Below, one piece after another: positions 23,793 to 33,907 of a DNA stretch of 41,260 nucleotides. A program made the position numbers and the translations under genes. The stretch is taken from NCBI RefSeq assembly GCF_001194135.2, contig NC_068982.1, positions 161,497,363-161,538,622 on the forward strand. The letters run 5' to 3'. Under the pieces are notes generated by a model. It did not search any database. It had not been told where the DNA came from and was given only the letters and a program-made list of their open reading frames with translations. Each line of letters begins with the position of its first letter. Position 1 is the stretch's first letter. Origin of the DNA: Octopus bimaculoides. Taxonomy: Eukaryota.

Positions 23793-24728
23793 GGACCTTT
23801 GTGATTTGACGGGCAACATTTTTTTATGTAGTGTTTTTGGTACCGAAACACTTTCAAACTTCGTATACTTGTATATTTTGTGGTATAGAACAGATAATAA
23901 ATTTTGTATTCAAAGTTATTTCACGTTAAAAATTGTCTTATTTCGATAATTTCAACTAATCCCTGACGTCTATTCAGTTGAATACAGTAACTGCTGTGAC
24001 GGTGTATATGGTATTAATCCCCGTTAGTTCTGACATTACCGATTAACTAGACTGTTCGTAAACAAAGGGGAAAAAGCCATCAAAATACCTGAATATTGCC
24101 TGCACTTGTTATTGGAGCTNNNNNNNNNNNNNNNNNNNNNNNNNNNNNNNNNNNNNNNNNNNNNNNNNNNNNNNNNNNNNNNNNNNNNNNNNNNNNNNNN
24201 NNNNNNNNNNNNNNNNNNNNNNNNNNNNNNNNNNNNNNNNNNNNNNNNNNNNNNNNNNNNNNNNNNNNNNNNNNNNNNNNNNNNNNNNNNNNNNNNNNNN
24301 NNNNNNNNNNNNNNNNNNNNNNNNNNNNNNNNNNNNNNNNNNNNNNNNNNNNNNNNNNNNNNNNNNNNNNNNNNNNNNNNNNNNNNNNNNNNNNNNNNNN
24401 NNNNNNNNNNNNNNNNNNNNNNNNNNNNNNNNNNNNNNNNNNNNNNNNNNNNNNNNNNNNNNNNNNNNNNNNNNNNNNNNNNNNNNNNNNNNNNNNNNNN
24501 NNNNNNNNNNNNNNNNNNNNNCTGACTGTATTCAGCTGAATAGACGTCAGTGATTGGTTGAAATTACAGAAATACGACAACTATAACATGAAATAACTTG
24601 CGATGTACATTTTTTTGTTAAGAAGGCTAAGAGAAAAAGTTGTTTTGTATGACACATTCTACCAGTGTCCCAAGTTTGAAAGTGTTTCTTTAAGAAAACA
24701 AGTGTGGCCCGTCAAATCACAAGGATCC
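23793..24728. mobile_element. Non-autonomous DNA transposon (MITE) with about 200-bp imperfect TIRs and 8-bp TSD; Merlin-like termini
   Basis: Left end GGACCTTTGTGATTTGACGGGC; right end reverse complement GGATCCTTGTGATTTGACGGGC; CAACATTT duplicated at 23785-23792 and 24729-24736; interior partly gap (24120-24521). Confidence 0.8.
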
Positions 24729-24819
24729 CAACATTTTGTATTCGAGACGTGAGATGTAAACAAACATTGAGATCAAAGATGAAAAAGGTAATGGGCATAT
24801 ATGCCATATTTCAGGGGTT

Positions 24820-25300
24820 TTTGCCCTTCCATCAGCACCCATCTAACTCTTTAATCTTTTACTTAATAGTCACAAGTAAAGTAATGGAATCAGTAATCAG
24901 TAAATAACTGCTGAAAAATGGACTCATTTCTTGATGACAATTTGGCTTCTGACAATACTAGAGTACAACAGGTCCCACTATCCTTTCTCAGATATGGAAC
25001 AATCACTCAGACATGGATAAGGAAATACATGTTAGTCCTTAACATTTAAAGAACACTGAAGAACAATCTATTACAACAGAATTTGCAAGAAACTGAAATC
25101 AGTGGAACTGTAGGAAACTGTTTAAGTAACTGCAAAGCTATCTTAAGGAGGTCCATCAAAGTCACTCTTTCAGGATACCCATCAACCTTACTCTGTCTTC
25201 TAATAGTCCTCATTGGGTACAATGTCTGTCAAAACATGCTGAACTTTTACATGAGTGACTTTATGTTTTTATGGACATTATTCACTTGTGAGCTCAGAAG
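24820..25300 (+). mobile_element. Decayed CR1-like reverse transcriptase fragment
   Basis: IVTSKVMESVISK*LLKNGLIS**QFGF*QY*STT resembles SKVME..LISxxQFGFRxxRST. Confidence 0.6.
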
Positions 25301-26779
25301 GTGAGTGTGACTTTTCAGCAGCCAGCTGAAGTTGAGACTTAGAATGAAAACTTGGGTGAAAGATAAGCCAATCAAACCACTTGAGATACTCTTCTAAAGC
25401 ATTCTTGGACACAGCAAGCTTCTAAGATAATTTGAAATATCAGCAAAGTCATGGTGTAAAATTATCAAAGAGAAAATGATTATGTTCTTTAAGGAGAATG
25501 AATTGCCAGTTGGTAAACTAGATACAGGCTGACTCGTACAGCTCAGACAGTACTACAGCTAAAAGCTACTCAAACAGTCAAAATAAAGATATGATCAACT
25601 TAATCTTTTTAAAGCCTTTTGATTAAAAGTAAAGAGAGTGGTTATACAACTTATTAAGGGAGATAGATAAAGATTGTTCAAACACTGGTACCCTTTAAAA
25701 ACATTCAAACAATTCTGAGTAGGAACACTCTTGGACCTATAACTGTATGTAACAGCTCTATTAGACATTTTTTATATATGCTGATCATCCCAACATCTCA
25801 AAAGTAACTAAAATCATGATTTCACATAGATGACACCTAAACCTATCCAGTCTGAACTTTGTAGCAGGAAAGAAAAGGGAGCAGCTCAATCCAATTCACT
25901 ATTTCACTAGAAACAATTCCAGAAAGAAAACTAATCACGCTAAAGGTGGTGCCCAAGCATGGCCTCGGCCTCTGACTGAAACTAGTAAAGTAAAAGAAAA
26001 GAAATATGGGGTCTAGTACAGCTCCTGCCATTAAACTGTTCAACCCATGCCAGCATGGAAAATGGATGATGATGATGATGATGATAAGTGTGTGTGAGCG
26101 TGTGTGTGTATGTGTGTAAGTGAATATATATATATGAAAATATTCTTCTAATGTACACATATACTAATCTATATATCAACAAAAATATGTAGTTAAACAC
26201 ACACACACACACACACACAAATCAAGGCCAGATTAAGGCCAACAGATGCCCTAAGCATAATCCCTCAACTCTTTCATTCTGAGACAAGATGTTAATAAGA
26301 CAACAAAAGTGGATTGTAGAATAAAAGATTAAAATTTCAGTTTTCTTTCAGGTCAAACCCAACTGCTGTATCAAATATAATGTTTCTTTTAATTGTATTT
26401 AACACTAAACAGCAGCAAGCAATATAAGTATATAGTTCATTGATAACTAGGGCCACAAGAAATATTCCACATTTTCAACACTAAATGTTTGACATTAAAA
26501 AAATAAATGCTATTGTAAGAGAAATATACAAATTGAAAAATTTGTTGAAAAATTATTTTTACAGAGATTGATGTTTTTGAAGAAGAAAAAAAGAAATTCT
26601 AATGAAGTAATATCAGTATTTGTCAGAAGCAAAATATTCCGCTTGTTTCTAACATTGAAGATATACAACGATTTAACATATGTGAATCAAAATGTAAAAT
26701 AATATTTATTGTTGCTTACTAAGTGCAGATTTTAGTCTACAGAATTTTGTTAATAGTTTCACTTCTAATGACTTTCCTT

Positions 26780-27420
26780 ATTAGCTTTCATTCTTCTTCC
26801 AGTTCTGTGTAATCCCAGAGCTGTGGAAAATTGCCAGTATCATTCCCCTGTCCAAAAAAGGAGATTACACATCACCTGCCAATTACCATCCAGTCAGTCT
26901 TACAAGCTGCATTGCCAAACAGATGGAGTCCTATGTCAGAGAGACAATTTGAAATTTCTGAATCTGTCACAGTCTTAGTTGACCCTCACAATTTGCATTT
27001 ATCCCTAACTCCAGCCGCTGTGGCCCACTCATTGAAGTTTTTTGAAGACATCACCTGAATAACTGATGCGGGTTGGTGGATGACTTTGCTAAAGAATTCA
27101 ATTCTGTGCCATAAATGACTAATGACAAAAACTCTGCAATGAGTGTGAAAGATGGTCTTTATAACTAACTGGTTGAAGTATTTCACTGTTGGAGATGACA
27201 TCTGGTGTAACATAGGGATCTGTTCATGGATTCCTCTTGTTGCAAATATATTAATGACAGAGATGCCAAATTGAAGAATGTTACAGTGCTGAAATATACA
27301 GATGCCACCAAGCTGTACCTTGAGATAAAAAGAACATCCAATATGTCACAGAACTTTCTTGCAATCAGACCTGAACACAATGCAACAATGGATTACTGAC
27401 ACTTGTACTGCATTGGAAAG
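26780..27420 (+). mobile_element. CR1/Jockey-clade LINE reverse transcriptase fragment (frameshifted)
   Basis: IPELWKIASIIPLSKKGDYTSPANYHPVSLTSCIAKQME; DFAKEFNSVP; SGVT*GSVHG; KYTDATKLY; LQSDLNTMQQW. Confidence 0.85.
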
Positions 27421-27752
27421 GTAAAAAAAAAAAAAGAAAAAAAAAACAACCTTGACAAATGGAAACTGCATGGACCAAAAACAAAACCCCAAAAAACAAA
27501 ACCACTGCCATGCAGTCTACTCTCACTTCTTTAAAGTATCTATTTCTTGATTGCATTGTGACATGTGAAAAATGAATTCTACACAACATGTGCACATATT
27601 TTACAGCTTGTGCATAAAGAGGAGAAAAAGGGCACAAACATGGTCTTCAAGATGATATTGAATTTTTTAAATAGATGGTTATTTGCATGGATACACACAT
27701 TTTTTCCAAAGAAAGACAAACTTTGCAAATTACTGTGCACACCCACACCCAC

Positions 27753-27755
<3 letters not shown>

Positions 27756-27832
<77 letters not shown>
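27756..27832. repeat. (GA)n microsatellite
   Basis: Perfect dinucleotide run. Confidence 0.98.
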
Positions 27833-27836
<4 letters not shown>

Positions 27837-28215
27837 ACATTGTCCAGAACTCCAGAATTCTATGCTGCCAGAACACATAGACTAGTTCTTTGTAAGCAGA
27901 AATGTGTTGATTCAAATAGTTATTATTTCAATTAATTAAATTTTTTTTTCTGAACTGAGATATATTGATTTAAAGTTGATCTTTAAATACTGAAATTATA
28001 GCAGGGTCACCAAGGCATCAGATACAATACCTTGTAGTATTTGGTCCAGATTTCTAAGCTGTGGAGTTCTCACTATCTCTCTCTTCTTTTTTTCAGTCAA
28101 ATATGTTATAGAATGAGAAGAGTAAAAAGTAGATTGATTGATTGATGTATGTATGTAAGTATGTATGCATGTATGTACGCACATACATACATATTAAGAA
28201 TAAGGAAGTTGACAA

Positions 28216-28466
28216 GATTTTGGATGATAATTTAGTGTTGTCATCTCTTTTTGAGAGATTCATCATAAATGATTTATTTACAGAAAATTCATGCTTTTTA
28301 TATATGTGTGAGTTAGTTGAAAAAATCTGAATTTGACTCCAGATTTTTTTCAGCTAACTCACACACACACACGCACACACACACATGGTATGAATTTTCT
28401 GTAAATAAATCATTCATGATGAATCTCTCAATAAGAGATGAAAGTGCTAAATAATTATCCAAAATC
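28216..28466. repeat. Long imperfect palindrome (about 115-125-nt arms, 10-nt loop)
   Basis: tcatctc..gagagattcatcat..atgatttatttacagaaaattcat..gagttag(t/c)tgaaaaaatctg is mirrored after the loop at 28330-28339. Confidence 0.9.
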
Positions 28467-28540
28467 CTAACTACCTGATTGTCTCAAAATATATATACAA
28501 ACACATACATGAATATATACACATTACATACAATAATGTA

Positions 28541-28571
<31 letters not shown>

Positions 28572-29051
28572 NNNNNNNNNNNNNNNNNNNNNNNNNNNNN
28601 NNNNNNNNNNNNNNNNNNNNNNNNNNNNNNNNNNNNNNNNNNNNNNNNNNNNNNNNNNNNNNNNNNNNNNNNNNNNNNNNNNNNNNNNNNNNNNNNNNNN
28701 NNNNNNNNNNNNNNNNNNNNNNNNNNNNNNNNNNNNNNNNNNNNNNNNNNNNNNNNNNNNNNNNNNNNNNNNNNNNNNNNNNNNNNNNNNNNNNNNNNNN
28801 NNNNNNNNNNNNNNNNNNNNNNNNNNNNNNNNNNNNNNNNNNNNNNNNNNNNNNNNNNNNNNNNNNNNNNNNNNNNNNNNNNNNNNNNNNNNNNNNNNNN
28901 NNNNNNNNNNNNNNNNNNNNNNNNNNNNNNNNNNNNNNNNNNNNNNNNNNNNNNNNNNNNNNNNNNNNNNNNNNNNNNNNNNNNNNNNNNNNNNNNNNNN
29001 NNNNNNNNNNNNNNNNNNNNNNNNNNNNNNNNNNNNNNNNNNNNNNNNNNN

Positions 29052-29145
29052 GCTCGAAATGGTGTCTTTTATGTGCCACCCGCACAAGCCAGTCCAGGGG
29101 CACTGGCAATGATCTCACTCGAAAATCCTACGGGAGCCAGTCAGG
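29052..29145 (-). mobile_element. Young RTE 3' UTR fragment (continues into gap 28572-29051)
   Basis: 80 of 82 nt identical to the reverse complement of 3823-3904. Confidence 0.8.
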
Positions 29146-29384
29146 CGGTAGGGAAAAAAACCAAGTTTCAAGAACTCATCGATGAAAATCCACTATCACA
29201 TATAGAAAAATTAATAATTAAAAGCACAATAAATGAGTATAATATAAAACAAAGTAAATATCATAAGATAAAGATAGTAAAATGACTACACGTGTTTCAT
29301 AACTAATTTTCAAATAGAAAGGAAATTTAAATCGATTAAAATAAATGAGGGCCAGTCAGGTGGTACTGGCAACGGCCATGCTCA

Positions 29385-30270
29385 ACACAGAAATTGAAAA
29401 GGCATACCATAATCATGGCTTTGGCCAACAACCACAGGGACAAGGAAGCAACCAACTTCTTGAACATGACTAAATTCTTCATGTTCAAGGTCAGGAAAAA
29501 ACTGGAGGCTTCTGGCAGATATGTGTCAACAGTAGCCAAGAGAAAGAAGCATTCTCAGGGATCAGATGTCATCAAGATGGATGACTTTGTCCTGTAGGTC
29601 CACATCATCAGTGAGAACTCAGTCAATAAAAGCCATCACTAAGCAGCTCAATATGAGCAACACTCTCAGATGTGTGATGCACAAGTATATCAAGTACAAC
29701 TTCTATATGATGAGGGCAGTTTGTGTCCTATAGGAACCATGAAATTGCTTGTTAGATAAACTCAAGCACGCCAAACATCTTTTCATGCCCTGGCTTTTCT
29801 TCAATGAGAATAACCAGAACCAGAATGTGAACAAGAAGAATGACAGATGGCTATACGTGGACCTTACAGAAGAACCCATGGTGATACAAACCAAGTTCCT
29901 GTTGTCTCAGATGAGCCTCAGTGTCATGAGAGACAATAGCCATGTCATGCCACCTCACTTCTTCCTGCAGGACCTCAGAATTAATGCCACCACCCATATC
30001 AAGATGTTACACCTGATGGTCAAGTCTTGGGTTGAGGAGTGATCCAAAAAAGACTATGTGTTTTGGTAGAACTCTATTTCCTTCTGCATGGCTCTCATGA
30101 CCCAGGAGGTGCTGACCACAAATTTTTATGTGGCCTCTTAGTCTTCTTGATCAGAACTCATAGGACTACTATATCTGAGGTGTGACTGAGAGAATTATTA
30201 GCTAGCAGTCTCAATACTGACAGCTCATTGAAAGCTGCTATTGTAGATGTAATGGGCAACACAAACAAGT
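29385..30270 (+). pseudogene. Decayed IS630-Tc1-mariner transposase, maT/DD37D-like
   Basis: MKRHTIIMAL..; FFNENNQNQNVNKKNDRWL..HVMPPHFFLQDLRINA..VKSWV..YVFW*NS..LDQNS*DYYI*GV..SLKAAIVDVM matches the maT pattern (FSDEK, VMPPHFF, QQDSAP, SPDLNPLDY); the first two catalytic Asp positions read Asn. Confidence 0.85.
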
Positions 30271-30365
30271 ATCACTGGATTTTGGCTGAGAATAGTTCTA
30301 TTGAAAATTCTATTTCTTTAATATATCTAATTACACATATTTTTTTGTTGTTATATATTTTTCAG

Positions 30366-30980
30366 TTAATATTGACATTATTACCCAGAAACGAAATCGA
30401 AAATAAAATAGTGCAGTAGGTGTAACAAAAGGTGAAGGAAACGAATATGAAAACAAAAATTCCGGGAAAGCAACGGTGAGTGGTGGATGGAGAAAAGCCT
30501 TNNNNNNNNNNNNNNNNNNNNNNNNNNNNNNNNNNNNNNNNNNNNNNNNNNNNNNNNNNNNNNNNNNNNNNNNNNNNNNNNNNNNNNNNNNNNNNNNNNN
30601 NNNNNNNNNNNNNNNNNNNNNNNNNNNNNNNNNNNNNNNNNNNNNNNNNNNNNNNNNNNNNNNNNNNNNNNNNNNNNNNNNNNTACGATTATAAAGAAAT
30701 TTGTGGGGGAAATCTTTTCCGAGGGGGTGAGGAGAGGATTTCGAAAAATTCACAAAGATCCAATGTTTTTTCCTCGTAACTTTGAGGAAAATGGATATCT
30801 TTCTACTTCACACCCACGTAGGAAACGAATCTGAAAACAAAAATGCATGGAAAGCAACGGGGGTGGGAGAGGACTTCGGAAAATTCACAAGATCCGAATT
30901 GTTCCCTCGCAACTTTGAGGAAAATATATTCCTTTTGAAATCACAAATTAGGCAGGCAGACAGACAGACAGACAGACAGA

Positions 30981-31014
<34 letters not shown>

Positions 31015-31286
31015 GTAGAAGTAAGGACCCGAACCCTTCAAAGAGATATTTAGCATCTAAGTTCCTGAGGAAAAGCCTAATTTGTGATTTCAAAAAGATT
31101 ATATTTTCCTCAAAGTTACGAGGGAAAAACTCAGATCTTGTTAATCTTGTGAATTTTCCGAAGGTCTTTCTCCGCCCCCACCCCCGTTGCTTTCCTGGAA
31201 TTTTTGTTTTCATATTCGTTTCCTACACCTACACGTTGCCCTATTTTATTTTCGATTTTGTTTCCGGGTAATAATGTCAACATTAA
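30366..31286. repeat. Foldback structure of a 110-130-bp modular repeat around (CAGA)n/(TG)n/(TA)n
   Basis: Outer arms 30366-30500 and 31170-31286 and inner arms 30819-30953 and 31075-31225 are reverse complements; the module recurs in tandem at 30720-30800. Confidence 0.8.
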
Positions 31287-31381
31287 CCATTTTTTTCTAT
31301 TTAATATCTTTGTCAGTCCTTATATTCTTATTCTGTTCTCTTTACACTATATATAAGCATACGTACACAAGTGTAACATCC

Positions 31382-31758
31382 CCACCAACTTTGTTTCCTC
31401 AAAACTTTCAGAAAACTGGATACTACAAATTTCCCAAAATTTCAAGTTTCATATTGCAGATATATATGTAATGTATGTAATTTTGTATGTATGTGTGCCC
31501 ACCAATTTTTGTCTTACATTACATTTCGATATTATCGTAATCTACACGTCAGAAAGGTATTTGTAGAAAATTTTATTTAAAAAATACTCATTTTTCTGAA
31601 AGTTACGAGGAAACAAAATCGATTTTCAGAAACTTATGTCCTTCATCCAAGGAAAAAAAACTTTCGCAACAAATTTCAACATAACTGGAATCTACTCGAA
31701 GAAAATTTCATTACAAAATATTCAGTTTTCTAAAAGTTACGAAGAACAAATTTGGTGG
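31382..31758. repeat. Second inverted-repeat element (about 38-bp arms) sharing the aagttacgagg motif
   Basis: ccaccaactttgtttcctcaaaactttcagaaaactgga (31382-31420) pairs with ttcagttttctaaaagttacgaagaacaaatttggtgg (31721-31758). Confidence 0.65.
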
Positions 31759-33177
31759 TGGTGGTGGTGGGGCACACTTGTGTAGGTGTGTACATGTGTG
31801 TGTGCGTGTGTACAATGGAGCAATGTTGGAAATAGAGAGGATATGTTGGGGTACGACGTATACCTACTTCTCAGTTTCTGGATTTTATTCGTTCATTATC
31901 TATTATTATTATCCTTTGTCAAGTTTCTATTATTCAGTTATCATAATAAAACACATAAAAAAGATTAATTTATAATACTTTAAGAGAAGTTCAGTATTCT
32001 AGCTGGAACAATGGAAATTAAGGGATTGGAGTGTCCGCAGGATGATTTTGTGAAGGATGAAGTAAGGTATTTGATATACCTGTATTTATCTATGTTACAT
32101 GAAGTTCAGGATTTAGGACAAATGAGGCCCTATGCTAATTAAGTTATGATACATGCTCAGGAAATTCATCTTATTTTGGACGGGAAGATGCCCCCCCCCC
32201 ACTCAAACACCTGGTGAAACGGGGCTGTGTGCTTAAGTACAATGGTAAATCCGGCACTGGTTACATATAAAGTACATGTCACTGGCCGCTCCGAGTTATT
32301 TCTCTTCATTTTTGTTTAAATTACAGTAAGGATACTGAACAAAAGAAATTTTCAATGTAAACAAACTTATTCACAATGCGAACTTCTACTTTTCCGACTC
32401 ATTGTAGTTGTGTTTACGTAATAATAGGATAAAATCTGCAATAAGTCAGTGACTACATTTCGTCACTTTTAAATTCGATACATCAAAATTACTGGTAAAG
32501 TACAACTCAACAGGTAGTCAGTGTTATGTGTGTGTGTCTGTATTTAGGCAGACAGGTATGTATGTATGTATGTATGTATGTAACATACGTACGTAAACGT
32601 GACGTTTATTTTCTCACAAGATGAAAAACAACAATAAAAGTTAAAGAAATGGGGGGGGGAAGCTGTTTTAGCAAATGCCTTCTACAATAAACTTCGTCAA
32701 CACAAAAGCTTGTCAGTGAAATTGGGCGGACAGAAATTGTGAGAAAGTTAGCACGATGAACTGTAATTGAAAGGGCTAACCTTGTCATACACTATCACAC
32801 TAATTCTGACTGAAGATTGAGTTTAGAGTACAAAGTGTCAATGAAATACTTAGTGTCAATAAAGTACACGAGCAATTTAGTTGATTGAACGACTAGAATA
32901 TGGAATATCGACTTTAATAACAATTAGATCCAGGCCAGCCTGGATTCTGCCGACCTATGATCAAAGGCAGTCTAGTCATGACTAACCCACCTGTTTGAAA
33001 CAGTATATCTTCGTTGCATTATCTAATATACCTTCCTTTATTTTGAAGATGTGACTGTTAATTCTAGCGAGCCATGTAACGGCGAGGAGATCTCTTGTTG
33101 GTTCTTAGTTTATGATGTGTGAAAGAGAGAGAGAGAGAGAGAATTTCCTTAGATAGCGAAAACAAAATGCAGTTTAC

Positions 33178-33267
33178 CTGTCCGTTTGCGAAGACTAAAT
33201 TTTCCTTCTTTTTCTCGTTCTTCTCTCCATTTTGAGGTAAAATAGGTTTTCCTTTGTTAGTCATCAT
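33178..33267 (-). CDS. LRMDA: LRMDA/C10orf11-like protein, coding exon 1 ([30 protein letters not shown])
   Basis: ATG ATG at 33267-33262 with an in-frame upstream TGA at 33318-33316. The 90-nt exon ends CAG|gtaaac (phase 0) and joins exon 2 in frame. [12 protein letters not shown] aligns with human LRMDA AGLVVRGTQ|VSY as I recall it. Confidence 0.8.
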
Positions 33268-33730
33268 GAAGAGATGAACTGACAATGAGCCAGTGGTATG
33301 GAGAAAAGTTGGAAATCACTGTTTAATAGAAAGGCAACAGCTTTCGGTAATAACTTAGAGCTTAGTTTGCCAGCGAATGATTCTACTGGCTGAATGTTTG
33401 TGTGCGTATGTGTGTGTACGTGTGTATGTGTGTGTACGTGTGTGTGCGTATGTGTGTGTACGTGTGTGTGTGTGCATAGATATAAAATTAAGCCAGTTGT
33501 AATGAAACAAGGAAAGGTGTCTCGTGATATAATGTTGTTTGCACTGACAGCTGAATTGGACAGTTAAATATATGGAGTGAGGTATGAGGGGCGAGAAGGT
33601 TTCTTTAGTTAAAAGGTAGCAGACACACTCTCATTCAAAAGCGCATATATAGATGTACTCCTACAGAGATTCTAGTATAAGAGACGGATACACATCGATG
33701 TATTTTCCTTTCTTTCTTTACTTGATATCG

Positions 33731-33738
33731 TTTCGCGC
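33731..33738 (+). promoter_or_regulatory. E2F consensus site TTTCGCGC
   Basis: Exact TTTSSCGC match about 460 nt upstream of the LRMDA ATG; single motif, function unproven. Confidence 0.3.
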
Positions 33739-33849
33739 CACCCAAAACGTGCTAGTCCATGCCTTCTGCCTTTATTTTTTTAATTTTATATATAGTTAAT
33801 TGTAGTATGAAGTTTATAACCTTTTGCTTAACCCATCTCCTTTTCTTAG

Positions 33850-33907
33850 AGGCTGAATACTGCGAGTTGCCCCACATGACCATCTCACACTAGTCCATTC
33901 TGAATAG
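33850..33907 (+). other. Candidate non-coding exon of a divergent/antisense transcript
   Basis: Branch-like gcttaac, pyrimidine tract ccatctccttttcttag|, 58-nt exon, donor AG|gtgaga; stops in all three frames. Confidence 0.3.

Larger units (their letters stand above)
3483..33267 (-). other. LRMDA: Span of LRMDA-like gene in the window (3'-incomplete); introns 33177-8882, 8780-7832, 7704-3623 and 3482 onward
   Basis: Four exons splice without frameshift or stop. I found no exon 5 (expected to begin like YFVLYxLPxLKFLD) in 1-3482, so it probably lies outside the window or in the 1490-1751 gap. Confidence 0.85.
32280..33800. promoter_or_regulatory. CpG-retaining, largely non-repetitive putative promoter region around LRMDA exon 1
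   Basis: About 7 CpG in 33061-33240 and about 7 in 32281-32520, versus almost none in e.g. 7141-7680; contains the start exon. Confidence 0.5.

Noticed and set aside
33064-33177. Continuation of ORF 33064-33285 (VNCILFSLSKEILSLSLSF...)
   Set aside because: Lies past the GT donor at 33177 and runs into a (GA)n tract; intronic.
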